Shown in pieces: positions 26,605 to 36,850 of a DNA stretch of 64,000 bases (positions are counted from its first letter, which is position 1; every line of letters starts with the position of its first letter). The DNA lies in contig CAYUQY010000003.1 in NCBI GenBank assembly GCA_964447075.1, positions 7,463 to 71,462 of the forward strand. The letters run 5' to 3'. The notes below the pieces were generated by a model. The model was not told the DNA's origin. It ran no database searches and saw only the letters and a list, made by a program, of their open reading frames with translations. Position numbers and translations under genes: made by a program. This DNA comes from an uncultured Pseudomonadales bacterium. Its GTDB lineage: Bacteria; Patescibacteriota; Microgenomatia; UBA1400; PJMF01.

Positions 26605-27409
26605 GTCTATTTTTTAGAGGCTGATTTTTTTTAGGGCGAGTGGTATGCATTTTATAGATCATATTCTTGGCTCTGGTAGATCTATTTAGGAAAAAACTGC
26701 AGAATGTTAAAACAGCGAAGGTACTAGTGAAGAACCAGTAGAGACCTGTATTCAGAGAGAAACTAGGAGTAAGGATAAAGTAGGCTATGAGATGGGATAG
26801 AACTAGGAGGATGTAGACCATCCTCATAAATCTAGAGAGTCGGGCGGCAGAACGAATAGAGTGTGAGACTGAGGCAGAGATAGTAAAGTAACTGATACTA
26901 GCATAAGAAACTAAGCCAACGAGGCCTCCTGCACCCATGAGAGCTAGAAGATGCATTTTGTTGTTGAGGAAAGTAAAGGGATTAAAAAGATTGAAAAAGG
27001 ATGAGAGTGCAGCCATTAGCAAAATGCCAGGGTAGATCACAGAGTGCGACACCCAGATGTGGAAGTACTCTGAGTGGTTAAAGATATCGTGTGTTGGGTC
27101 TTGTTTTTTTTTGAGAGAAAAACTCACAGTTAAGGTATGGATGACAATAAAGGCAAAGACATACAACATAGAAAGGCTAAGAATAGAGTCGTAGATAAAG
27201 GCCTCTTTGAGGACAGGAATCTTGTCATCTCCTTGAAGAGAGAAGTACATGACAAACTTGAGCCAGAGGAAAAGTAAAGGTGAGAAAACAAAAGCATAGA
27301 GAAAGTGAACTAAATCTAGCTTTAGTAACTCTCTTTTACCTTGATGTCTGTAAAGTGACAAAGAGAGGATAAAGATAAGAGCTGGAATGATGACTATGAA
27401 GAGAGGCAT
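26597..27409 (-). CDS. hypothetical polytopic membrane protein
   Basis: 270 aa with about 7 hydrophobic helices. Overlaps the def start by 8 nt. No family recognised. Confidence 0.45.
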   Translation of the reverse strand: MPLFIVIIPALIFILSLSLYRHQGKRELLKLDLVHFLYAFVFSPLLFLWLKFVMYFSLQGDDKIPVLKEAFIYDSILSLSMLYVFAFIVIHTLTVSFSLKKKQDPTHDIFNHSEYFHIWVSHSVIYPGILLMAALSSFFNLFNPFTFLNNKMHLLALMGAGGLVGLVSYASISYFTISASVSHSIRSAARLSRFMRMVYILLVLSHLIAYFILTPSFSLNTGLYWFFTSTFAVLTFCSFFLNRSTRAKNMIYKMHTTRPKKNQPLKNRHV

Positions 27410-27487
27410 AGTAATATCTCAATACAAGGTAAGTCATTCCTGATCTGAAAGAAATGCGATGAAGTTAATTTGGTCATATTTAATCAG

Positions 27488-29764
27488 TTATTTTTTGCCC
27501 TTTTCATCCTGCAGCTTTTTTATCTCAAGCAGTTTGATTTTTGCTTGTTCGTTGTTGGGCTGAATTTTTTCTAGAACATAGACATATTGCTGAGTGGCTT
27601 CAGTTAGTTCGTTTTGTTCAAAGTAGATTGCTCCCAGAGACATTCGCGCTGGCTCGAAGTCGCTTTTGAGTTGGATTGAGTTCACTAGGAACTCCTTAGC
27701 TTGCCCAATATCGCCTTGTTTATAGGCAGTAATACCCTGATTATAAACAATTTTTGGATCAGTAGGAGCTAGAGTTTGAGCTTTTTCAAGTACATTTTGG
27801 ACGTTTCCCAGAAGGGCGTCGTCCATTTGGGATAAGGTAAATAGAGACTTAACGATCGATTTGTAACTAGTGAGGCTGACTGGATTGAGGTATAGCAAGA
27901 CTTTGGAGTTGAGAATGGCTTGATTATAGTAATTGAGAGCTGAGACGTCATCGCTTTTTTTGTAAAAATCTATAGCTACTTGACTCTGGACATCGATCAG
28001 TTCCTCGTAGAAAGTACTCTCAAATGGTCTGATTATGACGGCTTTTTGGAGTAGGGTCATGGAGAGTGTAATCTGACTATCTAAGTTGGCTCTTTTGCCA
28101 GAAGCAAATAAAAAATCTGCGTACCAGATGTGAGCTATGCTTACTATAAAAAATACTGCGACTATTAGGATGAGAATAGATGCGGCTAGTTGGACGTAAA
28201 TATTTTTTACAGAATTAAATTTATGAATGTTCTTTGAAGGTGAGATCCAGACAAACCAGGCTGCAGGAACTAGAAAAAAAAGAATCGACACCATCACTGT
28301 CGAAAAACCAAAAAAATTAGTGATCAAAATGGCGACTTGGCTAGAGATGACAGCTGACGTTACAAGCAGATCGTATCTAGATTGATGTTTATCGGAATTT
28401 TTTTTGAAGAGGTAGCGGAGAGGGACAAAAATAAAACTGCCGCATAGTAATAAATAAGTTGCCAGACCTACTGCGCCTGTTGTGGCAAGATAGTTCAAAA
28501 ATTCATTGTGAGCTTTATTATAGAGGAAGTCCCACTCTGATAGAGCATTGTGATCTAGTGGTCGGTCACGATAGTAGCTATAGGCGAATGTTTCGACACC
28601 TGATCCTAAGATTGGATAGCGTTGCCAGACTGCCAGGGCACCTTGCCAGACTATGAGTCTAATTCTTCCAGAGTTTGATCCTGATTTGAGCGCAGCTGGA
28701 ACTAGGTTGAGAGATTCTTGATTGTTGCTTTGTGAAGTTAGAGAGCTGAGATGTCCAGACAAATAATCAGCTAAAGTGTTTAGTTTTGGCATCCATATTT
28801 TTGAAGTTATGGCAGTCACCATCATCAGTAATAAAGCGCAGCTGACCAGGTAGAACTTGATACTCACTCTGATATTCTTCAGCCATTTTCTATGTGAGAT
28901 TTGTTGTCTCAACTTTTCTGACCTCCAGATGTTAGCTGTCGAGAGTAGTAAGGTGATCAGAAAAGCGACAGCAGCAGCGAGAATGCCCGAATCTGATTTG
29001 GTAAAAACTGTGCAGCCTATGATCACTAGAGGAGTAGCTAGAGCAAGTATTAAGGCAGATAACTTCCAGATTTTTTTGTGAAGCTGGACATAGATCCATA
29101 GGCTCGCGATGAAACTCAGAGGAAGGACTGCTGTCAAAAAAGCAGCAAGCCAGTTAGGTTGTCCGAAGCTGGCAAAAACGCGGTTGGCGACATCTAGTGA
29201 TTCTGGCCAGCAGTCATTGCTAAATCGACCAATCATGAGTCTGCAGCTGAAGGAGCTGCCAAACTTTTCAAGAGTCCCCCATACAGAGACTAATATGGCA
29301 CTGGACAGTAATGAGATTAAGATGCTTTTGAGGTGTTTTTTTTCTAAAAAATTGACAGCTAAGTAAAAAATAGCGATATAAGACAGGGTAGAGAGTAGGC
29401 CTCCGTTAAATCTAGTGTAGTAGCCAAAAAGTGAGGTATAAGGGTGAATCGAGAAAAAAGTAGAGAGTAGCTGAGAACTTAGAAAAAGGAGTATTGGTAG
29501 GTCAAAGGGTGTTTTGCGCCAGCTCAATTGATGTGTGAGGATAGTTTTTCCCACGGCCGTGGCAACTATAAGTGTGGTCAGTGTATAGACCAGAAGCATT
29601 TTATTGAACTCGAAAAGTTCTTCATTCACCCAGATGAAGAAAAGTGGTGTCAAGAAAACCAATAGGTGAAATAGAAGAACCAAAAGCTGTTGCAGGTGTT
29701 TGTCAAGGGTGTCTCGATCGAGCATGAGGTTATTGATTGTACTACCACTTGCTTGATATCTCAT
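27488..29764 (-). CDS. O-antigen ligase-like (Wzy_C) membrane protein with C-terminal TPR repeats
   Basis: More than 10 TM helices. Wzy_C-like motif HNEFLNYLATTGAVGLATYLL. The C-terminal ~250 aa carry TPR-like repeats. Confidence 0.65.
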   Translation of the reverse strand: MRYQASGSTINNLMLDRDTLDKHLQQLLVLLFHLLVFLTPLFFIWVNEELFEFNKMLLVYTLTTLIVATAVGKTILTHQLSWRKTPFDLPILLFLSSQLLSTFFSIHPYTSLFGYYTRFNGGLLSTLSYIAIFYLAVNFLEKKHLKSILISLLSSAILVSVWGTLEKFGSSFSCRLMIGRFSNDCWPESLDVANRVFASFGQPNWLAAFLTAVLPLSFIASLWIYVQLHKKIWKLSALILALATPLVIIGCTVFTKSDSGILAAAVAFLITLLLSTANIWRSEKLRQQISHRKWLKNIRVSIKFYLVSCALLLMMVTAITSKIWMPKLNTLADYLSGHLSSLTSQSNNQESLNLVPAALKSGSNSGRIRLIVWQGALAVWQRYPILGSGVETFAYSYYRDRPLDHNALSEWDFLYNKAHNEFLNYLATTGAVGLATYLLLCGSFIFVPLRYLFKKNSDKHQSRYDLLVTSAVISSQVAILITNFFGFSTVMVSILFFLVPAAWFVWISPSKNIHKFNSVKNIYVQLAASILILIVAVFFIVSIAHIWYADFLFASGKRANLDSQITLSMTLLQKAVIIRPFESTFYEELIDVQSQVAIDFYKKSDDVSALNYYNQAILNSKVLLYLNPVSLTSYKSIVKSLFTLSQMDDALLGNVQNVLEKAQTLAPTDPKIVYNQGITAYKQGDIGQAKEFLVNSIQLKSDFEPARMSLGAIYFEQNELTEATQQYVYVLEKIQPNNEQAKIKLLEIKKLQDEKGKK

Positions 29765-29826
29765 AAGTTTGTTAAACTGATATTCATAGTAATGTCCAAC
29801 GCCCGATACGTGAAGTAAGGAGAGAT

Positions 29827-31221
29827 ATGTTTAATTTTTTCCGTAGATCAAAGTCAGATGCCACATCTGGAAGTACTGCTGTTTCTGATGTACCTTTGGC
29901 TCCCGCTCTTGCGGTAGCTTCAACATCTGAGGTTGCAGATGAGTCGGCAGCTCTTGTCCAGAATGTAGATTTATCATTATCAAATGCGACGCCAACCGTG
30001 CCGACAGTAACTCTAGCTCCTGGTTCGATGACTTCAGCATCAGATAGTTTTTCGACCATAGTAGCTACATCTGCTCCTGCTGTATCTGGCTTTGCGACGG
30101 CCGGTTTACCAACGGCACCAAGTTTACCAACGGCACCTAGTCTGCTAACGGCACCAAGTCTACCAACGGCACCTACATCTCCAATTGCAGCATCTTTGTC
30201 AACTTTGCCCACCCTACCGAATTTTTCTTCACAACTTCCGCCTTTACCATTCTCATCTCCAGCTTCAGGAACTGCTTCAATTCCTGGTTTTGCTCCAGCA
30301 CAGGGTGTTTCTTCATATGTTGACGCTTATGTCCCTCCAGCACACGCAGACGTACTGCCTATGCCTGCTGAAGTTGGACCCAGGCCAAAAGGGGTAGTTG
30401 TGCCTACTACATCAACTTGGGAGCCTAAAGAGCTCTTAGAGCCACAGGAAAAATTACTTTCATCAACATCTTCTGACTCAGCTAAGCCAACATTCTCATC
30501 CGTAACACCTTCATGGTCAGCTGCCACTTCAGTTGCTCAAGATTCAGCAGTTCAGGCTGCATTGATGAGGCCATCAGCACCAGCCACACCAGTCGCAACC
30601 AGTGCATCATTTCTAACCACCGCGTCAGCTCAAGCTGTCCACAGTAGCACCCCAACTCAAGCTGTCCACAGTATCACCCCAACTCCAGTAGCTTCAGTAA
30701 CCCCAACTGCAGTACATAACTCAGCTCCAGCTTCAGAGAATTTTGACCTGTCTAGTGTTAGCTCGCCAGTTTCTAAGACACTTGAGGATCAAAACATCTT
30801 TTTCTTGCTAGGAGTGATGAATATTTCAGATGAAGAAAAAGACAAGTTTCTAGATGATCTTCAAAAAGTAATCTGGGATGATTTCTTGACACAGGACTTG
30901 GAGTTACTCTTAACTGAAGAAGAACTAGAGGACTTTCACAAAATAGAGAAGCTTCAGGGAAAAACTGAGGATGAGGTTCAAGTTGCAATGATTGAGTTTT
31001 TGGAAAAATTAATCCCTGATCTTGAAAAAATAATGTTGGATAAGGCGCTAGAGCTCAAAGAAGGCATGTTTAGAGAAAGAATCAAAGAGCTTAAGCTAGA
31101 GTATCTGAATAAACCTGAGTTGCTGACCAAAGTACAAGAAGCAGATGACTTGGTAAATGTGGATAAGGGTGAGGAGGACTGGCGCGCAGCTGCAGATATT
31201 CTTAACCACCTCATTTCTTAA
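29827..31221 (+). CDS. hypothetical protein with Ala/Pro/Ser/Thr-rich disordered N-region and acidic helical C-domain
   Basis: ATG start with AAGGAGAG RBS. Contains a TAPSL x4 tandem repeat. No recognisable family. Sits upstream of the actin-like/mreCD cluster. Confidence 0.5.
   Translation: MFNFFRRSKSDATSGSTAVSDVPLAPALAVASTSEVADESAALVQNVDLSLSNATPTVPTVTLAPGSMTSASDSFSTIVATSAPAVSGFATAGLPTAPSLPTAPSLLTAPSLPTAPTSPIAASLSTLPTLPNFSSQLPPLPFSSPASGTASIPGFAPAQGVSSYVDAYVPPAHADVLPMPAEVGPRPKGVVVPTTSTWEPKELLEPQEKLLSSTSSDSAKPTFSSVTPSWSAATSVAQDSAVQAALMRPSAPATPVATSASFLTTASAQAVHSSTPTQAVHSITPTPVASVTPTAVHNSAPASENFDLSSVSSPVSKTLEDQNIFFLLGVMNISDEEKDKFLDDLQKVIWDDFLTQDLELLLTEEELEDFHKIEKLQGKTEDEVQVAMIEFLEKLIPDLEKIMLDKALELKEGMFRERIKELKLEYLNKPELLTKVQEADDLVNVDKGEEDWRAAADILNHLIS
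30100..30180. repeat. 15-bp coding tandem repeat (TAPSL)x4-5
   Basis: ttaccaacggcacc(a/t)ag repeated in tandem. Confidence 0.7.
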
Positions 31222-31261
31222 GATTTTGTACAGTATACTCATCCTCTATTAAGATGAGTTT

Positions 31262-32230
31262 ATGTCTCGATTTCAGAATTTTTTCTCAGCCTTAAATTTG
31301 TTTGAGAGTGCTAGAACAGAGACTGTAGTTGACCTAGGATCAGCAGTTATCAAGTACTCTGTCGCCAAAACCAATAAAGGTAGTATGCCTTCTTGCATCG
31401 CTGTGATGACTGATAGCAGGGAGTTTTTGAGCATTGGCTACTCGGCCTTAAGTATGAAAGGCAAAAATTCCTCTAAAGCGAGCATTGTTTTTCCCTTCAA
31501 AGTTGGCAAAGTTGTCCATGAAGCTGAAGCCAAACTATTGGTAGAAAATTTGATCAGTTTTTTTGGTCTCTCTAGGATTTTGAGGAACAGAGGTTCTATC
31601 GTTTTGAGTGTAGTGGATGATCTATCAAAGCTGCAGAAAGATCTCTATAGAAAGCTATTTTCTAGTTATTTCTTGAGTGGAGTTAAGTTTGAGTCACAGA
31701 TAGATCGCTTGATTCTGCACAGTAGCTTAGCCAAAAACCACGCTCCAACAATAGTCCTTATCTATGGGGCTAGCTGCACTCAGGTCTTTATTACCAAATC
31801 TGGCAGAGTGTTGTATAAAGATCTAGTGACTCAGGGAACCCAAAAATTTTCACAAGAGGTCTGTCAAGTAGTGAGAACTAAGTTTCAGCTGTTGATAAGT
31901 GAGCAAGAAGCAGATAGCCTGAGATACCTCAAGGAAAATGAGATGATTAAAACTGTCAGAGGTCAGGATTTGATCCAACAGAGACCAGACAGTAAGCTGC
32001 TTAAACAGGAAGATATCCTTTTTTTTAGAGCTCAAGAAGTTGCTTTTTTGTCAAAGTTGATAGAGAAGGCAGCAGAGAAAGCTTACGAATTTAATGATCT
32101 TAAAACTCCACTTCAAGTTTTTTTGACAGGCGGAGGTAGTCTCAGGGCTGGATTGGCTGAGCAGTTAGCTGCTGCAACTGGTCTCAAAACAAAACGATCA
32201 GCCAACTCTTTATATGACACAACTACCTAA
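31262..32230 (+). CDS. divergent actin-like ATPase (MreB/FtsA superfamily)
   Basis: 322 aa. VVDLGSAVIKYSV sits where MreB has IDLGTANTLIYV. C-terminal GGGSLRAGLAEQLAAATGLKT resembles the MreB/FtsA GGGALL..L......G motif. Immediately upstream of mreC. Confidence 0.5.
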   Translation: MSRFQNFFSALNLFESARTETVVDLGSAVIKYSVAKTNKGSMPSCIAVMTDSREFLSIGYSALSMKGKNSSKASIVFPFKVGKVVHEAEAKLLVENLISFFGLSRILRNRGSIVLSVVDDLSKLQKDLYRKLFSSYFLSGVKFESQIDRLILHSSLAKNHAPTIVLIYGASCTQVFITKSGRVLYKDLVTQGTQKFSQEVCQVVRTKFQLLISEQEADSLRYLKENEMIKTVRGQDLIQQRPDSKLLKQEDILFFRAQEVAFLSKLIEKAAEKAYEFNDLKTPLQVFLTGGGSLRAGLAEQLAAATGLKTKRSANSLYDTTT

Positions 32231-32269
32231 CTACGTAGTGTTTGAAATTTGTATCTAAATTAATAAATT

Positions 32270-33070
32270 ATGAGTAACACGCTCTTAATCCATTCATTCC
32301 AGTCTAGATTAAAAGTTTGGGCGACTGCTGTGATGTTTTTTTTTGGCGTGATCTTGTTTGAGTTTTTAGGCCTTTTTTCTCCGCTAAGAGCTACTGTTCA
32401 AGAGTACTCAATGCCCCTCTTAGAAGGAGTGTCTAGAGTTTTTGTGATGGTTGGATCACCCTTATCCTACTTGAGAAATTTTTACGACACCAAAGCTAGA
32501 ATTGCCGACCTAGAACTAAGATACAGTGAGGCCTCAGTTCACTTAGCAGAGTTGGATAGCTTGCGAAAAGAGAATCAAGAGCTGAAAAAGTTTTTGGGCG
32601 AAGAAGGAGTTCAGCCAGGTGGGACTGGGTATATTGGAAGACCCATAGTTTCATTTGGAGTACCAACTGTGGCACTTAAGGAAGGGGAGTCAGTCATATC
32701 TGGCAGTGGTGTCTTGGTGCAAGGTGTACTAGTGGGTCGTGTGAGCCGCCACAGTAGTAGTTTGGCAGAAGTAAAGCTTCTATCCAACTCAGGTAGCTCG
32801 CCACTCTTAGTCCAGACAGACAGGGGAGAGACTGGACTAGTTATTGGCACAGGCGTTGAAGTACTTCTTACTCAGCTCACTTCAACAGCAGACGTACGTA
32901 CTGGAGACAAGATACTTACTATAGCTCAAGAGCAGATTCCGGCCGGAATTTTGGTAGGTAGAGTAGGTGAAAGTAGAGTCCTACCCCAATCAGCAGTTAA
33001 AACAGTAGTGGTGGAGCAGTATGTTTCATTTCTAGAGAGTTTTGTAGCCTATATCTGGAGTTCAAAGTGA
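32270..33070 (+). CDS. mreC: rod shape-determining protein MreC
   Basis: N-terminal TM, coiled-coil (RIADLELRYSEASVHLAELDSLRKENQELKK), then beta-rich G/V-rich domains typical of MreC. Confidence 0.65.
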   Translation: MSNTLLIHSFQSRLKVWATAVMFFFGVILFEFLGLFSPLRATVQEYSMPLLEGVSRVFVMVGSPLSYLRNFYDTKARIADLELRYSEASVHLAELDSLRKENQELKKFLGEEGVQPGGTGYIGRPIVSFGVPTVALKEGESVISGSGVLVQGVLVGRVSRHSSSLAEVKLLSNSGSSPLLVQTDRGETGLVIGTGVEVLLTQLTSTADVRTGDKILTIAQEQIPAGILVGRVGESRVLPQSAVKTVVVEQYVSFLESFVAYIWSSK

Positions 33071-33098
33071 AAAGTTAGATCTAGTCTGAGATTAAATT

Positions 33099-33560
33099 AT
33101 GAAAGTAGTTCTCCAACATTTATTTTTGCTTTGTTTAGTCCTGTTGTTGCTTTTGGTGGAGAGGGTAATAGGTGTTCCAGCTACTTCGCTGATGATAGTC
33201 ACAGCTTATTTTGCCAAGCTGGATAGTATTTTTGATGTTCTGTTTCTTTTTATTTATGGAGTTATGATAGCTACTTTGTTTTTGATGCCAATCTCATTTG
33301 TTTTGGCTTGTTTTTTAGTTTTAGCAGGCATTTTAGAGCTACTACCTTTTGCCAAACTTTATCCAGTAGCGATGAGGTTCTTGATGATTCTAATCCTCAA
33401 TCTATTTTATTGGGCTTGGACAAGTTTTCCTACCCATCCAAATCAGATACTTTCAATCATTCTCAGTTTTATAAGTTGCTTAGTAGTTGGTAGGTGGTGG
33501 CAGAGTAGCTTGCAGAAGGTTCATATTTTTGGAACTCTCAAACGAGCATCAAAGAAATGA
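33099..33560 (+). CDS. mreD: rod shape-determining protein MreD-like membrane protein
   Basis: 153 aa, entirely hydrophobic with 4-5 TM helices. Positioned between mreC and PBP2. Overlaps the PBP2 start by 4 nt. Confidence 0.45.
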   Translation: MKVVLQHLFLLCLVLLLLLVERVIGVPATSLMIVTAYFAKLDSIFDVLFLFIYGVMIATLFLMPISFVLACFLVLAGILELLPFAKLYPVAMRFLMILILNLFYWAWTSFPTHPNQILSIILSFISCLVVGRWWQSSLQKVHIFGTLKRASKK

Positions 33561-35413
33561 TAATTAAATTTTCACTCTATCAGCAAAAGCGCAAAGTATT
33601 GATATTTTGTGTGATCAGCTTCATCTTTAGCGTCCTTGCACTTCGTCTTTTTGAGTTGACAGTAGTGCGAGGTGAGAAGTACAGACTGATTGTAGAGAAT
33701 CACCGTTACTCGACAGAAAGACTTAGACCCAGCAGGGGTCTAATTATGGATAGATTTGGAGATCTGTTGGTTTGGAACCAGCCACTTTATCTAAAAAAAT
33801 CTCCAGATGGTGATCATAAAAATAAAGTAATAACTAGAGACGAAGCATTCCAAATATTAAGTAGTCCTGAAAGTGAGAATGTCAAAGTAGCTGACGTCAG
33901 AGGCTATCGTTTTGAGAGCTCTCTGTCACAGGTGATAGGTTATGTAGGTGAAGCCACAGCCCAAGATTTGCGTAGTGACGATCGTCTCAAAGTAGGCGAT
34001 GTGGTGGGCAAAACTGGCCTTGAGTTCTCATTGAATGAGCAACTTAGTGGTGTGCCTGGGGAGGAGATTTTTGAAGTAGATGCCAGGCAGAAAAGGGGGG
34101 ATCAGCTAACTCACAAAAATCCTGTCCATGGCACTAGTGTTAAAACTAGTCTTGATCCATATCTATCTCAAGTGGCAAGTAACTTGATGAAGCCGTTTAA
34201 AGGGGTAGTTGTAGTAAGTGATGCCTCATCTGGACAAATCTTGAGCTTAGTGAGCTCACCTAGTTACGAGGCTAATATCTTTGTCCCAGAGGCCAACTCT
34301 GATGCAGAAGGTCTGCGTCAAAAGCAGTTAAGTTCAGCTCTCAATAGTGAGAGCAAGCCGCTGTTTAATAGAGCTCTGTCCGGCACTTATCCATTGGGTT
34401 CAATATTTAAGTTGGTGACGGCATTGGCTGGCCTCAAAGAAAAGAAAATTGATACTTCTACAGTGGTAGTAGATGAAGGGACGCTCAAAGTAGGTGAGTT
34501 CGAGTACGGCAACTGGTACTATACGCGCTTCGGTCATGGCGAGGGAGCTATCTCGCTGACTAGAGCTATTGCTCGCAGCAATGATATTTTCTTTTATAAA
34601 GCGGCTGAGTGGGTCGGACCTGTGAAGCTCTCGAGTATGGCCAAACTTTTGGGATTTGGGGCTGCTACTGGAATCAACTTACCTAGTGAACAGATTGGAT
34701 TAATTCCTGATCCAGATTGGAAACTAAACACCTTGGGAGAGCCATGGTACTTAGGCAATACTTATCACATGGGAATAGGGCAGGGAGACGTGTCGGTCAC
34801 TCCTCTTCAAGTATCAGGACTGATGCAGATCCTGGCCAATGATGGTAAAAAATGTGAGCTGACCCTTTCGACTTCAGAAAGTAAGTGTCAGGATTTGGAG
34901 CTAAACAAAGGAGACCTAGATGTCGTGCTTCAAGGTATGTTCCAGGCTTGCAGTCCTGGTGGGACTGCTTCAGTCTTTTTTCCTTGGAATAAAGAGATAG
35001 TTGGTCAGGATGGAGTGTTTAGAGCTGTTTCTCTAGAATCTGGAGCTGTGGCTTGCAAGACAGGAACTGCTGAGTTTGGGGCTGCTGACGCAAAGAAGAG
35101 ACGTAGGACTCATGGATGGTTTACGGTCATTTCACAACTCAATTCAACTCCTACTCCAGCATCAAATTCTCAGCTAGAGCTGGATCCGGATCCGAAACTG
35201 GATGTTGCGATTTTAAAAGCAGAAAGTTTACAGGAGGCAAGTCTTTCACAACTTCGTACACTTTGGCAATCTAAGGTTGATAAGTATGGTTATCCCAGAA
35301 GAGTAACTATTACGGTTTTAATAGAGAGCGATGAAGCTTTGCCCTTCAAAGAAGGTTCAGCTGAAGCAGCTTTGATTGCCAATCAAATGCTGAATTGGTT
35401 GGTGGGAAAGTAA
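33557..35413 (+). CDS. mrdA: penicillin-binding protein 2 (class B transpeptidase)
   Basis: Transpeptidase motifs SIFK (SxxK), SND (SxN) and KTGTA are all present. N-terminal TM plus dimerisation domain. Confidence 0.8.
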   Translation: MIIKFSLYQQKRKVLIFCVISFIFSVLALRLFELTVVRGEKYRLIVENHRYSTERLRPSRGLIMDRFGDLLVWNQPLYLKKSPDGDHKNKVITRDEAFQILSSPESENVKVADVRGYRFESSLSQVIGYVGEATAQDLRSDDRLKVGDVVGKTGLEFSLNEQLSGVPGEEIFEVDARQKRGDQLTHKNPVHGTSVKTSLDPYLSQVASNLMKPFKGVVVVSDASSGQILSLVSSPSYEANIFVPEANSDAEGLRQKQLSSALNSESKPLFNRALSGTYPLGSIFKLVTALAGLKEKKIDTSTVVVDEGTLKVGEFEYGNWYYTRFGHGEGAISLTRAIARSNDIFFYKAAEWVGPVKLSSMAKLLGFGAATGINLPSEQIGLIPDPDWKLNTLGEPWYLGNTYHMGIGQGDVSVTPLQVSGLMQILANDGKKCELTLSTSESKCQDLELNKGDLDVVLQGMFQACSPGGTASVFFPWNKEIVGQDGVFRAVSLESGAVACKTGTAEFGAADAKKRRRTHGWFTVISQLNSTPTPASNSQLELDPDPKLDVAILKAESLQEASLSQLRTLWQSKVDKYGYPRRVTITVLIESDEALPFKEGSAEAALIANQMLNWLVGK

Positions 35414-35532
35414 ACAATGCCTTTTTGGTGAAACTGCCTCGATTGGTATCCAGATGTTGAGCTGAATTAAATTCAAGTAATCAAAGCTCTTTTTACTACG
35501 CTTTTTTAAAGCTTCGTTTGTTAGAGTGCCTC

Positions 35533-36828
35533 ATGTCTCAAATGATTCCGATGCCTCAGATCGTTCAGATTGATCAGCAACTGAAGATTGTGCAGGCTGA
35601 TCGTCGAGTAATTACTGCTTTTGCAGCTGTAGAGGGCGTAGGTCAAGCTACCCTAAAGCGATTGAATCAGGCTTCTTCCAGAGTTAAAGGAGGCTGGTCA
35701 CAGCTCTGGAAGCTACTGACAAAACAAAGTCAACATAGATTTATTGACACGGGTCTCTTGAGCGAGAAACAGTACGAAGCGGCTCTGAAGTTTCATAGAA
35801 ATTACAGTCCTGATAGTTATTTTGAGTTACTTGAGTCCAAAAATATTGAAGTTATCTTGAGTGGTGAGAGTGAGTATCCCAAGCTTCTAGCTCAAATTCC
35901 TGATAAGCCAGAAGTTCTTTTCGTCAAAGGTAACAAAAGTTGCTTGAACTCACTTACAGTCGCGGTAGTAGGTACTCGCAAACCAACTAGCTACGGCCAG
36001 TTCGTAACTCAGAAGATAGTAGAAGAGCTGTGCTTTCTAGGTTGCTGCATAGTTTCTGGATTTATGTATGGAGTGGATGCCTTGGCTCACAAGACGGCTC
36101 TTTCCTTGGGGAGCAGGTCTATCGCAGTTTTAGGTTTTGGTTTTGATAAGTTTTATCCCAAGTATCACGAGCAGCTCATGGAGGAATTCTTGGCAGCTGG
36201 AAATGTTTGTATCTCTGAGTTTCCTCCCCACTCAGACTCTAGACCATACATGTTTCCCATGCGTAATCGTATCGTGGCAGGTCTCTCACATAGCGTAGTA
36301 GTGACAGAAGCTGCGGCAGGGAGCGGCAGCTTGATCACAGCCAGGTGTGCAGGAGAGTATGGTAGAGGTATCTGTGCCGTGCCTGGATCCATCACTTCAC
36401 TCTACTCAGATGGAACTAGAGAACTGCACAATGCAGGAGCAGTGATGATCTCTTGTGGAGCAGACGTTTTAGAAGATATTTCTGACAGTCTTGAGCCATC
36501 TCTAGCTGTTTTCGAAAGATGCTACAGTCATAAAACTCAACTGTCACCTCAGCTCAAGCAGCTCAAAGGAAAATTTAGCCATAGTTTGAAACAAGAATTG
36601 AATCATCATCTCAAACAACGTCAAAAACCCAATCTAGTCACAGCCCTACTTTCATCAGAGCTAGAGAAGAAGACCTATCATGAGCTATTAAGTGGCCCAA
36701 AGGCAGTTGATGACTTGATTGGAGTCTTGAGTGTCTCAGTTCCAGATCTTTTACAGTTATTGACCAAACTAGAGTTAATTGGTTTGGTAAAAGCTCAAGG
36801 TGAGTTCTGGATGGTTTCATACAAATAA
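35533..36828 (+). CDS. dprA: DNA processing protein DprA (Smf)
   Basis: Rossmann-like DprA core (VAVVGTRKPTSYG...GVDALAHKTAL...RNRIVAGLSHSVVVTEA). Start moved to ATG 35533 because the track start is TTG. Confidence 0.8.
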   Translation: MSQMIPMPQIVQIDQQLKIVQADRRVITAFAAVEGVGQATLKRLNQASSRVKGGWSQLWKLLTKQSQHRFIDTGLLSEKQYEAALKFHRNYSPDSYFELLESKNIEVILSGESEYPKLLAQIPDKPEVLFVKGNKSCLNSLTVAVVGTRKPTSYGQFVTQKIVEELCFLGCCIVSGFMYGVDALAHKTALSLGSRSIAVLGFGFDKFYPKYHEQLMEEFLAAGNVCISEFPPHSDSRPYMFPMRNRIVAGLSHSVVVTEAAAGSGSLITARCAGEYGRGICAVPGSITSLYSDGTRELHNAGAVMISCGADVLEDISDSLEPSLAVFERCYSHKTQLSPQLKQLKGKFSHSLKQELNHHLKQRQKPNLVTALLSSELEKKTYHELLSGPKAVDDLIGVLSVSVPDLLQLLTKLELIGLVKAQGEFWMVSYK

Positions 36829-36850
36829 CTGCTACAATCTCCAGTGTCTT

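Noticed and set aside
29784-31214. Minus-strand ORFs 29784-30212, 30327-30527, 30773-30988 and 30978-31214
   Set aside because: They are antisense to the 29827-31221 gene, whose ATG has a strong RBS. They arise from its low-complexity A/P/S/T-rich codons.
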